Origin: a virus
IMG/VR virus record: IMGVR_UViG_3300045988_154841
Span: 1-64,000 of that record
Strand: one strand, 5' to 3'
Length of the DNA: 64,000 nucleotides
Numbering within the stretch: the first letter of the stretch is position 1; every line of letters begins with the position of its first letter. The translations under genes and the position numbers were made by a program. Positions 37,304-46,503 of the stretch are shown in pieces. The notes under the pieces were generated by a model. That model had not been told where the DNA came from, searched no databases, and saw only the letters and a program-made list of their open reading frames with translations.

Positions 37304-37762
37304 ATGGAAGCAAATACAATTATCGAAGTACTAGGTTTGGTTATTGGGGGCGGCGGTATGGGCTGCCTATTTACTCTAAGTTATGCTAGAAGGAAAGCTA
37401 GAGGTGAAGCTAGGTCTGCTGAAAATGAGGCCACTAAAGCAGTTCAAGATGTATACCAAGAATTAATAGAGGATATTAAAAGGGACCGAGAAGACCAAAG
37501 GGCTTACATCACTGAACTAAAAGAGGACCGCAATCACTTACGTACTGATAGAGATGAATTGAGGAAAGAGAATCTAAGGATGCGTAAAGCTACTAAACAA
37601 TTACAAGAAGATTTTCAAGAAATGAAAAGAGAAGTAGCAAGGCAAGGTAGAAAACTTGGAGATCTTTCCCCTTTTATATGTAGCCGTATGGGATGTACTG
37701 ATAGGATAAAGTCTAGTATATCTGAGATTACGGCACAACCCACAAAGAAGTCTAAAGATTAA
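37304..37762 (+). CDS. Membrane-anchored coiled-coil protein
   Basis: It has an N-terminal TM (IIEVLGLVIGGGGMGCLFTL), then a charged heptad-rich region of about 90 aa, then a Cys pair (FICSRMGC). Confidence 0.6.
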   Translation: MEANTIIEVLGLVIGGGGMGCLFTLSYARRKARGEARSAENEATKAVQDVYQELIEDIKRDREDQRAYITELKEDRNHLRTDRDELRKENLRMRKATKQLQEDFQEMKREVARQGRKLGDLSPFICSRMGCTDRIKSSISEITAQPTKKSKD

Positions 37763-37783
37763 ACAATTTAAAAAACAATAACT

Positions 37784-39253
37784 ATGGCATCAGGAGATGT
37801 ATATTTTAACTATGGTAGTAGGATAGAGTCTAAAAGATTATCCGAGGCTATTTCTATGCCCTTTGGTACAGGGCCCATCTGTGGATTTGGTTCAGCAGAT
37901 ATAAACGGTAATATGCTAAAGGTATACCCTTGGGCAGTAGGTGATGAAAATGGAGCAGGCTCTAATAACTTTACAGACCCTGCAAAATATTTCATAAGAG
38001 ACTTGATAAGAAATCACCATTTACCTAGAGCTGAAGATGCAGATATATCTGCATATCGTATTACTTTCGGCTGTATAGCTAAGGATGGTATCTTATTCCG
38101 TTCAGGAGAAGCTTCTATAAACAACATACCCATTGAGGGTAGTAAGGGATCCCACAATCAAGTACTTTTATTCGCTGAACATAAACATGTTTCAGAACCT
38201 GTTCAGAACTTAGTATCTTTCAGGGCTTTTTGGAATGAGTCTAACTTCGACTTCTTTAATCTTTACAAAGAGTCTTTGGATATATATTATCCAATACAAC
38301 ACAGTATTCGTAAACAGAGTATCTCTGACAAGTATGACCCAACTTTATCAGATAAGATGTCTTATGATTATCTAATGAATAAAGTAGAAGCTGCTTGTTC
38401 TACCTACCAGAGTAATCAAAAGACTATGGTACTAATAGGTATATACGGAGACGGTACTAATCTAGATCCAGAAAACGGTAAAGTAGAGAAGTTTGCTATT
38501 GTACCTTATGGAGGTAAGTTCCCAACACCCATAAACTACAACTCAGCTATACATTCCTATTTCAAGGAATCACTTAAGCGAATGGAAGCTTTCTTAGACT
38601 ACTCATATATAGAACAAGCTACTGACCCTAAAACTAGAGCTAGATTAAATTTCAATTCCTTGCCTCAGTATTTAAATTGGCTCTTAGACCAAAGGGAGAG
38701 AGATATTCAGAAACAAATTGAGGCTGTAGCTTTACCTCCTGGAAGTATCATTTTATACGATGGAGTAGATATACCCAAAGGCTGGAGTGTATATGACCGT
38801 GCTGCTGGCAGGATAGTTATAGGCTATAATGTAGGAGGTATTCAACTAAATACTACTGCTACAGGAGAACAAACTATCCTAAAAAACATCGGAGATACTT
38901 ATGATGTTAGTAGGCCGGAGGATAGGTATCAAATAACTATTAGAGGAGTAGAGTTACCTAAGCATGTACATGGTATAGGTCTTCTACATGGCCATGGAGA
39001 TAATGCTAAGGATGTATGGACTCCAGATATTTGTAATTTTGACAATCGTTGTGGAGATAATGGTAACTTCGGAAACTCAGTAGATTTTGAGTATCATCCC
39101 CTAACAGGGATAAGGGATGGATCTGTATTATCAGGGCCTAATACTACTGATTTAAATAACCCTGTAGCAAAGGCTACTAAGGATTCTTTAATATTATCTA
39201 AACTACCTCCAGCTATAACTCTAAGATATATAAAGAGAATAACTTCTAAGTAA
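37784..39253 (+). CDS. Tail fibre protein with a tail-collar-like C-terminal domain
   Basis: LPPGSIILYDGVDIPKGWSVYDRAAGRIVIG and ELPKHVHG resemble the phage tail collar / MdpB-type domain. Confidence 0.6.
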   Translation: MASGDVYFNYGSRIESKRLSEAISMPFGTGPICGFGSADINGNMLKVYPWAVGDENGAGSNNFTDPAKYFIRDLIRNHHLPRAEDADISAYRITFGCIAKDGILFRSGEASINNIPIEGSKGSHNQVLLFAEHKHVSEPVQNLVSFRAFWNESNFDFFNLYKESLDIYYPIQHSIRKQSISDKYDPTLSDKMSYDYLMNKVEAACSTYQSNQKTMVLIGIYGDGTNLDPENGKVEKFAIVPYGGKFPTPINYNSAIHSYFKESLKRMEAFLDYSYIEQATDPKTRARLNFNSLPQYLNWLLDQRERDIQKQIEAVALPPGSIILYDGVDIPKGWSVYDRAAGRIVIGYNVGGIQLNTTATGEQTILKNIGDTYDVSRPEDRYQITIRGVELPKHVHGIGLLHGHGDNAKDVWTPDICNFDNRCGDNGNFGNSVDFEYHPLTGIRDGSVLSGPNTTDLNNPVAKATKDSLILSKLPPAITLRYIKRITSK

Positions 39254-39296
39254 TCATGTTTGGTACATTTGTTTAATGTAATTTTTGTTTTGTAGG

Positions 39297-39325
39297 GAGG
39301 GCAGGCCTAAGGTCTGCCCTTTTTG
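39297..39325 (+). terminator. Intrinsic terminator at the end of the structural operon
   Basis: GGGCAG (39299-39304) pairs with CTGCCC (39314-39319), with flanking pairs, followed by TTTTTG. It lies between convergent genes. Confidence 0.75.
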
Positions 39326-39328
39326 TGA

Positions 39329-39991
39329 CTAAACATAGTGTAATTCCTCTCTGGCTCTATTTACCCAGTAATCTATATCTTCTTTTAATTCTCCGATAAA
39401 TCTTACAGAGTTTCTATTCCTGGGTAAATCAAAAAACTCTACTAATAAAGTGTTAGTTATTTTACCAAACTTAGCATTATTTTCTATATAAGGTGGAGGA
39501 GTAGTTATACATTCCCAAACTAATAGAGCATCAGGAGATAACTTATCCCTCATATAATTATTCACCATGGTTAACATTTCCTCTTTAGCAAGAGCCTCTG
39601 TTCCATCATCCTCGATATCTCCTTTATCATTATCAAATAAATCTTCGAAAGATTTAAGACTCTGGTTAAATTCGGCCCTATCATTATAGGCATATTTTAG
39701 TAAGTGATTCTTATAGGTAGCTAAAGCTCTAAAGATGTTAGCCTTTAAATGTTCTTCATCAACTTTACCATAGTACTTGTTGAAGACATATAACATTTTA
39801 TCGTAGAACTGAGAAGTTATAATATCAGAAGAGATATTAAATCTTCTTGAGTCTATGCTTCTAACCAAATTTCGAATTACAGGTTTTACTAACTTATATA
39901 ACTTCAGGAAAAGTTTTTCATCATAGTTTTCCTGCATTACCTTCAGTCTGTGGATTTCACTTCCACTACTGATTTCACTTCTAGTTTCCAT
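39329..39991 (-). CDS. Putative sigma-70/ECF-like transcription factor
   Basis: Region-2-like LFLKLYKLVKPVIRNLVRS...DIITSQFYDKMLYVFNKYY...FRALATYKNHLLKYAYNDR is present. I prefer the ATG at 39991 (METRSE), which lies 30 nt downstream of the conserved promoter. The track TTG start at 40024 falls inside that promoter. Confidence 0.35.
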   Translation of the reverse strand: METRSEISSGSEIHRLKVMQENYDEKLFLKLYKLVKPVIRNLVRSIDSRRFNISSDIITSQFYDKMLYVFNKYYGKVDEEHLKANIFRALATYKNHLLKYAYNDRAEFNQSLKSFEDLFDNDKGDIEDDGTEALAKEEMLTMVNNYMRDKLSPDALLVWECITTPPPYIENNAKFGKITNTLLVEFFDLPRNRNSVRFIGELKEDIDYWVNRAREELHYV

Positions 39992-40004
39992 AAGCTTATT
40001 TTTA

Positions 40005-40053
40005 TTTAAATTGTTATAGTGCAAAATTAATAATAATATTTCATATATGCAAA
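40005..40053 (-). promoter_or_regulatory. Conserved early-promoter block, copy 2
   Basis: The minus strand reads TTTGCATATAT-13 nt-TAATTTTGCACTATAACAATTTAAATAA. The -7 box is at 40029-40022 and the -33-like TTTG at 40053-40050. Confidence 0.7.
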
Positions 40054-40169
40054 TTAAAAGTTATTGGGTTATACTAACAACTGAGGATAGGTATGAGGAA
40101 GCTACAAAAGTTACCTTCATTAACCGTACGGAACTAGTATAATCTATATATTAGAAACAAGTTTATAAA

Positions 40170-41606
40170 ATGAGAAAGAATCAGTACAAATTTACTTTTG
40201 ACCCTGAATTTCAACTAGAAATTCTAAGGTTTATTATTCAAGATAAAGAGGGTGGATTAGTGTTAAAAAGAATTAAGTCTAGTTACTTAACTCTGATAGA
40301 GCATTCAATTATTGCTGAAGGTATAATTAAATACTACAAGAGATGCAATAAGATACCTTCTAAGAGTGTTTTAAAAGAGGTTATCAAAGAACTGCTCGAG
40401 AGTAAAGAATACGTGGATTTAATAACTAAAGATGATATACCCACAGTACACAATTTAATAGATAATTTATACGAAATACCCTTAAAGGATAGGGACTTCA
40501 TACAAGAGAAGGTTTATCAGTTTACTACTTATGTAGAAATGAGAAATCTAAATGAGTCGTTTGACCTAAATGATTTCAATCAGTATGAAGAATATAATAA
40601 GAAGATGGATAAGATTTTGCAAAAATCTAAGCCAAAAAAAGATGATGAACCCTTATTTCTAATACGGGGAGTAGTAGAAAGACAATTTAAAAGGCAAGCT
40701 TCTCCTGCAATAATACCCTCTCCTTATAGGCAAATGAATAGGCTCACTAATGCCGGAGGGTTCCCCGCCCATTCAGTGGGAGTACTTCTTGATAAACCTA
40801 AGGCTCGAAAAACATTTTTCTTAGTGAACTTAGCTCTTGGTTATTTACGTATGAAAAAATCAGTATTATATATAGATACTGAAAATGGTAAGGACCAAAT
40901 CATGGACCGTGTTATTCAAGCTTCAATAGGTAAAACTAAGAAAGAAGTATATTCAGGGGAGTTTGACGGTCTAGAAGCTAAACATTTACGTAAGTTACAA
41001 CGCTTTGGAGTAGAAATGGTAGTAGAAAGAGTACCTGCTATGATAACCGATTGTAATTACATAACTGGGTTAATTAGGAAGCTTAAACAATCTGGTATAA
41101 AGATAGATGTAGTAATGATAGACTATGCTGCAAAGTTAGCTTCTATTCAACGAGATAAAGAGGATACCGAACGAATATCAAATGTATACATAGATATTCA
41201 AAATATGGCTGAGTCTGAAGACCTGGATGTGGTATGGACTGCTAATCATATTACTAGAGAGGGTAAGAAACACCGGTCTACTAGATATGATGAAAATGAT
41301 ATAGCCGGTTGTATAGGTATCATTAGGCATGTTCAAATGGTATATGGTCTGAATGCTACAGAACAGGAGGATAAGGAAGGTATACAAAGATTAGAATTAG
41401 TGGTACAACGAGACGGTCAACCCTCCGGTAGATGCTTGTTTAAAGTAGATGTAGATAAACAAAAAGCTAAAGAGTTTACTATAGAAGAGCGTAAAGCTTA
41501 TGATAAGATATATGGTGAAAAACTAGACCAAGCTATATCAAAGGGCTCTAATAAAAACCCTGATGCTGACCCAGAAAAACGTAAACATACTACAGGAGAT
41601 ATTTGA
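40170..41606 (+). CDS. DnaB-like replicative helicase
   Basis: The RecA-fold C-terminal domain has a P-loop-like GVLLDKPKARKT, Walker B VVMIDYAAKL and ANHITREG. The N-terminal domain is helical. Confidence 0.55.
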   Translation: MRKNQYKFTFDPEFQLEILRFIIQDKEGGLVLKRIKSSYLTLIEHSIIAEGIIKYYKRCNKIPSKSVLKEVIKELLESKEYVDLITKDDIPTVHNLIDNLYEIPLKDRDFIQEKVYQFTTYVEMRNLNESFDLNDFNQYEEYNKKMDKILQKSKPKKDDEPLFLIRGVVERQFKRQASPAIIPSPYRQMNRLTNAGGFPAHSVGVLLDKPKARKTFFLVNLALGYLRMKKSVLYIDTENGKDQIMDRVIQASIGKTKKEVYSGEFDGLEAKHLRKLQRFGVEMVVERVPAMITDCNYITGLIRKLKQSGIKIDVVMIDYAAKLASIQRDKEDTERISNVYIDIQNMAESEDLDVVWTANHITREGKKHRSTRYDENDIAGCIGIIRHVQMVYGLNATEQEDKEGIQRLELVVQRDGQPSGRCLFKVDVDKQKAKEFTIEERKAYDKIYGEKLDQAISKGSNKNPDADPEKRKHTTGDI

Positions 41607-41607
41607 T

Positions 41608-41877
41608 ATGAAACATACTTATAATCTCAGATTTCACAAAAGGTTTAAGATTGTTGGTAGTGAAGCTAGAATGATTAAACATTTTCCTCTTGGTTGTAAA
41701 AACTTCGAGGCTAGAGAATGGGCCGTAAAGTTAAATATAGAGGCAGCTGAAGGTAATACTTTGGTTGGGCCTTTCACCCTAACCGATTTAATACGGTTAA
41801 AGAGGGTTATAAACCGGTCTATAAAAATAGTACAAAACAAAGATAAACATAATACTAAACTGCTATGGGAAAAATAA
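41608..41877 (+). CDS. Hypothetical protein
   Basis: I prefer the ATG at 41608 (1 nt after the helicase stop) over the internal overlapping ATG at 41563. Confidence 0.5.
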   Translation: MKHTYNLRFHKRFKIVGSEARMIKHFPLGCKNFEAREWAVKLNIEAAEGNTLVGPFTLTDLIRLKRVINRSIKIVQNKDKHNTKLLWEK

Positions 41878-42821
41878 CCTCAAAATTTAAATCCCAGTTG
41901 TATACCTATTTTACTAAACGCTTGGGAGCTTTTCAATATAAACATGGGTGGCTTAGAGTTCCTGTGTGCCCCTATTGCGGTAGGTCTGAGAAATTAGGCA
42001 TAAACCTATCCCTATATAGGACTAACTGTTTTAGGTGTGGAGAACATCCTTCTCCTGCTCAATTAGTTATGGATGTAGAAAACTTAGACACTTGGTCAGA
42101 GTTAACTTCTCTACTAAACAATGGAGATTATAATGAATTAGAATTTCACGAAGAAAAGATAGAATTGCCTGAACGTAAAGAAGTAACTTTGCCAGAAGGC
42201 TTTCAGAATATAAAGTTTGGCACTTCACAATTAGCTAAGTCTATGAGAGGTTATATGGTTAAAAGAGGCTTTGATATAGATCATCTTTCTAGGCTCGGAA
42301 TAGGTTATTGCAATGACGGTAATTTATTCGGTTACCTCATAATACCCTTTTATTATAACTCAGAATTAAGATATTATAATGCTCGAAATGTATTAGGTTC
42401 TGGTCCTAGGTATAATAATCCTAACAAAGATAATACTGGATTAGGTAAAGAGTTTCTAATTTATAACTTTGATGCCTTATCTATGTACAGGACCATATAC
42501 TTATGTGAAGGTGCCTTGAATGCTTTAACTATGGGTGAACAGGGTATAGCTACTATGGGTAAATCAGTATCTGCTTATCAAGTGAATCAAATGATTAAGT
42601 CACCCGTAGAACATATAATAATATTGCTTGACCCAGATGCTAAAGCTTATGCCATTAACTTAGCTTTAAAACTAGTAAACTATAAAAAGGTAAAGGTTGT
42701 CTTTTTGCCAGAGGGTAAAGATGTTAACGACTTAGGCAAAAATAAAACCCTAAGTTATGTATGGGCTACAAGATACCAAACCTATACTGATTTAATTTCA
42801 TTACGTAACTCATTAACTTAA
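41865..42821 (+). CDS. DNA primase (zinc finger plus TOPRIM)
   Basis: It has the CPYCG...CFRCG zinc finger, the TOPRIM Glu in IYLCEGALNALT, and the DxD in ILLDPDA. Confidence 0.8.
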   Translation: MGKITSKFKSQLYTYFTKRLGAFQYKHGWLRVPVCPYCGRSEKLGINLSLYRTNCFRCGEHPSPAQLVMDVENLDTWSELTSLLNNGDYNELEFHEEKIELPERKEVTLPEGFQNIKFGTSQLAKSMRGYMVKRGFDIDHLSRLGIGYCNDGNLFGYLIIPFYYNSELRYYNARNVLGSGPRYNNPNKDNTGLGKEFLIYNFDALSMYRTIYLCEGALNALTMGEQGIATMGKSVSAYQVNQMIKSPVEHIIILLDPDAKAYAINLALKLVNYKKVKVVFLPEGKDVNDLGKNKTLSYVWATRYQTYTDLISLRNSLT

Positions 42822-42830
42822 AACATATAG

Positions 42831-43655
42831 ATGAAAAGAGATCCTTCAATTCATTTGCTAAAAAGTTCTTTTATAAACATACTAAATGATTTAGAGATAC
42901 ATAAGTTTCCAGTAGAAGAATTTTTTATAAAAGCTAGAGCCTGTAGCGTAGATTCTAGAAACATTTTTACCAATACTGTTAAAAGTAATAAGCGAGCAAA
43001 TAATATAACTCTAGCTAGTAACGGAGATGCTAATTTAGCAGCAGATATACTCTATTCAGTTCAGATACAACTTAAACATAGAGGCGTAAAGAAAATAGAT
43101 GAGAACAATCGTCAGTGGCCTTTATGTAAAAAATTAGCCGAGGTTTGTAATACTTTTTGTACCGACTTTAACCTAGATTTAAGGGCTGGTTATATCAAGT
43201 ATATTAAGATGGGTTTTAGTAGAATGCAGGGTAATAACCGGAACTACCTAAACCGGTTAATCTCTATGGCTCAAAATATCAGTGATTCTTTTCAGGCTAT
43301 CGAGGAAATTAACCATGATTCCAGTCCACTTGAAACAGCGGTTATTCATGATTACTATTGTAAAGTAATAGCTGATAGGGTAGGCTTTAAAGTTAATTAT
43401 AACAATCAACCTGAAACCTATGTTTATTTTACAAGGGCTAGGGAATTTTGTTTAAATAATCATATAGAACCAGAAGAATGGATAGATGCTCAATTTGAAG
43501 GCTTAGCTTGGTGTAATGGTATACCTGAACCCGACAAATTATTGGGTGATAAAGCTAATAGCTACTATGCTAAATTTAAGTTTAAAAATAACAAAACCGA
43601 TGGTGAACCAAAGATACATGGTTCACTATGGGATAAAATTAAGGAAGATGACTAG
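42831..43655 (+). CDS. Hypothetical protein
   Basis: This is a 274-aa ORF between the primase and helicase genes. I recognised no motif. Confidence 0.6.
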   Translation: MKRDPSIHLLKSSFINILNDLEIHKFPVEEFFIKARACSVDSRNIFTNTVKSNKRANNITLASNGDANLAADILYSVQIQLKHRGVKKIDENNRQWPLCKKLAEVCNTFCTDFNLDLRAGYIKYIKMGFSRMQGNNRNYLNRLISMAQNISDSFQAIEEINHDSSPLETAVIHDYYCKVIADRVGFKVNYNNQPETYVYFTRAREFCLNNHIEPEEWIDAQFEGLAWCNGIPEPDKLLGDKANSYYAKFKFKNNKTDGEPKIHGSLWDKIKEDD

Positions 43656-45150
43656 ATTAATAATTAAAAACTGTAATGAGGTAGAATTAGATATACCTCA
43701 AAAGTATGGAGTTAAGTTGTATGAACAATTATCCATAAGACACCCACAAGCTTTTTATCTTCGTAGAAGTATAAAGAACTGGGATGGTAAGGTACATTTC
43801 CTAAGTAAATATGGCCGATTTAAAATAGGACTATTGCCAAGGGTATATCAAATACTAACAGAAGAGTATGGCCTTAAAGTAAAGGTGATAGACCAACGAA
43901 GAAATATAGAAATACCTAGAAAACCAATAACTAAAATGGGTAATTTTAAACTTAGGCCAGAACAAGTAGAAGCTTTAACCTCTATCATTAAATATAAGGT
44001 AGCTGGAATGCCTTTTCAGGTTGGTGTTATAGATGCAACTGTGAACTTTGGTAAATCATTATTAATGTCTGCCCTATATTATTCATTCGGTAAGAAACTT
44101 AAAACTCTACTTATAACCAATGACTCAGATTGGTTTAATCAATCAAAAGAAGAATTTAAGGAATATGTACCCAATGAAAAGGTGACCTTTATCAGGGGCA
44201 GTAAGGTGAATAATTGGACGGGGTTTAACATAGCTATGGTTCAATCTTTGGCAAGGAATATAAAAACCTATCAGAAAGAATTATCCATGATAGATATGGT
44301 ATTAGTAGATGAAGCTGACTTAGCTGGTAGTAAGATGTATCAATCAGTTCTAACCCATCTATATAATACTAGAGTACGATTAGGTTTGTCAGGTACAATT
44401 TATATGTCTAAGTTAAAGAAGGATTTATTGAAAAACATGAATCTAGAATCTTTCTTTGGTCAACGTATGTATGAGTTTAGACTAGCTGAATCCATAAAAG
44501 CAGGTTACTCAACCAAGACTATAGTAAAGTTAATTGATACTGAGCCTTGGTATAAGGATTATGTAAACTCTACAGAAGGCTCCTATAAAGAAATTTATGA
44601 TAAGGTTATAACTAAAAGCTATTACTGTTGTGAATTAATTCACAGTAGGTTAAAGTTTAATTTAAAATATGGCAGGTTACCGGCTCTCATAGTATGCAAG
44701 CATATTGCACACTGTGAAAATATATATAAATATATAAAAGCAGTACTAGAGGGTAATTTAAATATAGCATACGTTCATGTTAATACACCTGAACGTGCTC
44801 GTAGAGAAATAATGAAACAATTTAGGTCTGGTGAAATAGATATCCTTGTATCAACTACAATAATCGCTAGAGGTAAGAACTTCCCTAAACTAAGGTATAT
44901 GATAAATGCTGCTGGTATGAACTCTCAAGAAAAATCTATACAATTCCTAGGTAGATTGGTTCGTACTTTTAAAGGTAAGGATAGGGCATACCTAGATGAT
45001 ATTCAATATAAGGGTAATTATTTAAGTAGGCATTCAAAAAGAAGATCTAGATATTATAAAGAAGAGAAACTAAAAGTAATAGATATGAGTAAGCTTTGGA
45101 ATAAGTATCAAAAACATTATCCTAATGAAGATGATTCATTACCTTTCTAA
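43648..45150 (+). CDS. Superfamily 2 DEAD/DEAH-box helicase
   Basis: It has Walker A NFGKS, motif II LVDEAD, motif III LSGT, and motifs V/VI TTIIARGKNF and GRLVR. I prefer the ATG at 43648 over 43516. Confidence 0.8.
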   Translation: MTRLIIKNCNEVELDIPQKYGVKLYEQLSIRHPQAFYLRRSIKNWDGKVHFLSKYGRFKIGLLPRVYQILTEEYGLKVKVIDQRRNIEIPRKPITKMGNFKLRPEQVEALTSIIKYKVAGMPFQVGVIDATVNFGKSLLMSALYYSFGKKLKTLLITNDSDWFNQSKEEFKEYVPNEKVTFIRGSKVNNWTGFNIAMVQSLARNIKTYQKELSMIDMVLVDEADLAGSKMYQSVLTHLYNTRVRLGLSGTIYMSKLKKDLLKNMNLESFFGQRMYEFRLAESIKAGYSTKTIVKLIDTEPWYKDYVNSTEGSYKEIYDKVITKSYYCCELIHSRLKFNLKYGRLPALIVCKHIAHCENIYKYIKAVLEGNLNIAYVHVNTPERARREIMKQFRSGEIDILVSTTIIARGKNFPKLRYMINAAGMNSQEKSIQFLGRLVRTFKGKDRAYLDDIQYKGNYLSRHSKRRSRYYKEEKLKVIDMSKLWNKYQKHYPNEDDSLPF

Positions 45151-45193
45151 GAAGGCAATATAAACTACTAGAAGTATATACTTTTCTTCGTAG

Positions 45194-45256
45194 GAGATAA
45201 AGTATATTGCTTAAAGGGCAATAAGGCACTAAGGCTTAAGCAATATACTTTATCTC
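45194..45256. other. Large perfect hairpin (21-bp stem, 21-nt loop)
   Basis: GAGATAAAGTATATTGCTTAA (45194-45214) is the exact reverse complement of TTAAGCAATATACTTTATCTC (45236-45256). No T-tract follows. Confidence 0.85.
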
Positions 45257-45309
45257 TAACACTCAAATAGAAAGTAAACTATTCATATGTAACATAAACA
45301 AAAATACAA

Positions 45310-45696
45310 ATGGCTAAAGGTAAACAGAAAAAGATTGACTTAAAGAATCATGACCCTCTCTCACCATTAGAGGTAGACTTCCAATCAATAGGTTCTAAAA
45401 TGGACCCATGCTTTGGAAAAGGATATGACTTAAGTACTAAAGAATGCAAACAATGCGGAGACTCTGAGCTATGTGCTTTCAGGATGGCCCAAGTCTTAGG
45501 TAAAACCCGAAAAGAACTGGAAGCTAAGAAACATTATAAAGATCTTGACGTCTTAGAAGACGTAGACGGTATAAAGAAATTTATGAGGAAACTAAAACGT
45601 TCAGGTTTAAAAAGGAGAGAAATAGTAAAGAAAGCCTCCCTTAAATTTGAAGTACCCTCTGCAGATATACGACAAATATACAGAACTCTAAGATGA
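45310..45696 (+). CDS. Hypothetical basic protein with a Cys cluster
   Basis: This 128-aa ORF contains CFGKGYDLSTKECKQCGDSELC. Confidence 0.6.
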   Translation: MAKGKQKKIDLKNHDPLSPLEVDFQSIGSKMDPCFGKGYDLSTKECKQCGDSELCAFRMAQVLGKTRKELEAKKHYKDLDVLEDVDGIKKFMRKLKRSGLKRREIVKKASLKFEVPSADIRQIYRTLR

Positions 45697-45941
45697 AAAA
45701 TCTACTTAATTGCTTTTGGTACTATGTACGTATATGGATGAACAATCCAGAAGAAGGAATTTATCTTCAGGATGATATTTCTTCAAAACTCGGTAGGAAA
45801 GAGGATATACATCGAGTACTAAATAAGTTAGACCAGGAATTACAAAATCAAGGTATAAGTAAGGTATTTGCCAGAAAACAAGGCATGACCCTACAAGATT
45901 TAATAACACAAATAAACAACTTTACAAATGGAAAGAATTAG
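45693..45941 (+). CDS. Hypothetical protein
   Basis: This 82-aa ORF has an ATGA overlap with the upstream gene. Confidence 0.5.
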   Translation: MKNLLNCFWYYVRIWMNNPEEGIYLQDDISSKLGRKEDIHRVLNKLDQELQNQGISKVFARKQGMTLQDLITQINNFTNGKN

Positions 45942-46500
45942 ATGTACAAGAGTAAGAGAGGTAGAATTACCCTCACGTAACAACCCCGGTGATGCAGGCT
46001 TAGATTTTTATATGCCAACAGACCTAACCATCAGTGACCTTATCAATGCAAACTCTAAGGTAGAGGATGTATGCTATAGTCAAAACTTTGCAGGAGTAGG
46101 TAACTTTTCATGTATCATCAACGATGAAAAGGTCCATCAACTGATTATCGGACCCAGGACAAGGATTATCATACCATCAGGTATCAAGGTACTGCTAGAA
46201 CCAGAAGCTTCAATGATGATGGCAGCTAATAAGTCAGGACGTTCTACCAAACAAGGATTGATATTCACTGCTGAGATCTGTGATTCACCATATAATGGAG
46301 AATATCACTTGGGCATCTACAACACAACTAGCCGTCAACAGGTAATCACGGCTGGAGAAGCGGTAGTACAATTCATCCACACTCCGGTATACCTATCTCA
46401 GGTAGAAGAGATCTCTAACGAAGAATATAAGGAAGAAGCTGAAACCTGGGGCACCAGAGGTGAAAAGGGAATGGGCTCAGGCAACAACAAAAAGAAATAA
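45928..46500 (+). CDS. dut: Trimeric dUTPase
   Basis: It has motif 1 PGDAGLDF, motif 3 CDSPYNGEYHLGIYN (D-x-x-Y-x-G-E) and motif 5 RGEKGMGSG. Confidence 0.85.
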   Translation: MERIRCTRVREVELPSRNNPGDAGLDFYMPTDLTISDLINANSKVEDVCYSQNFAGVGNFSCIINDEKVHQLIIGPRTRIIIPSGIKVLLEPEASMMMAANKSGRSTKQGLIFTAEICDSPYNGEYHLGIYNTTSRQQVITAGEAVVQFIHTPVYLSQVEEISNEEYKEEAETWGTRGEKGMGSGNNKKK

Positions 46501-46503
46501 CTC

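Noticed and set aside
34617-39253. Diversity-generating retroelement near the tail-fibre genes
   Set aside because: No reverse transcriptase motif (YxDD) appears in any ORF, and I noticed no template/variable repeat pair.
40094-40135. 13-codon micro-ORF (MRKLQKLPSLTVRN) in the 40025-40169 spacer
   Set aside because: It is very short, has no hydrophobic or other character, and has no supporting signals.
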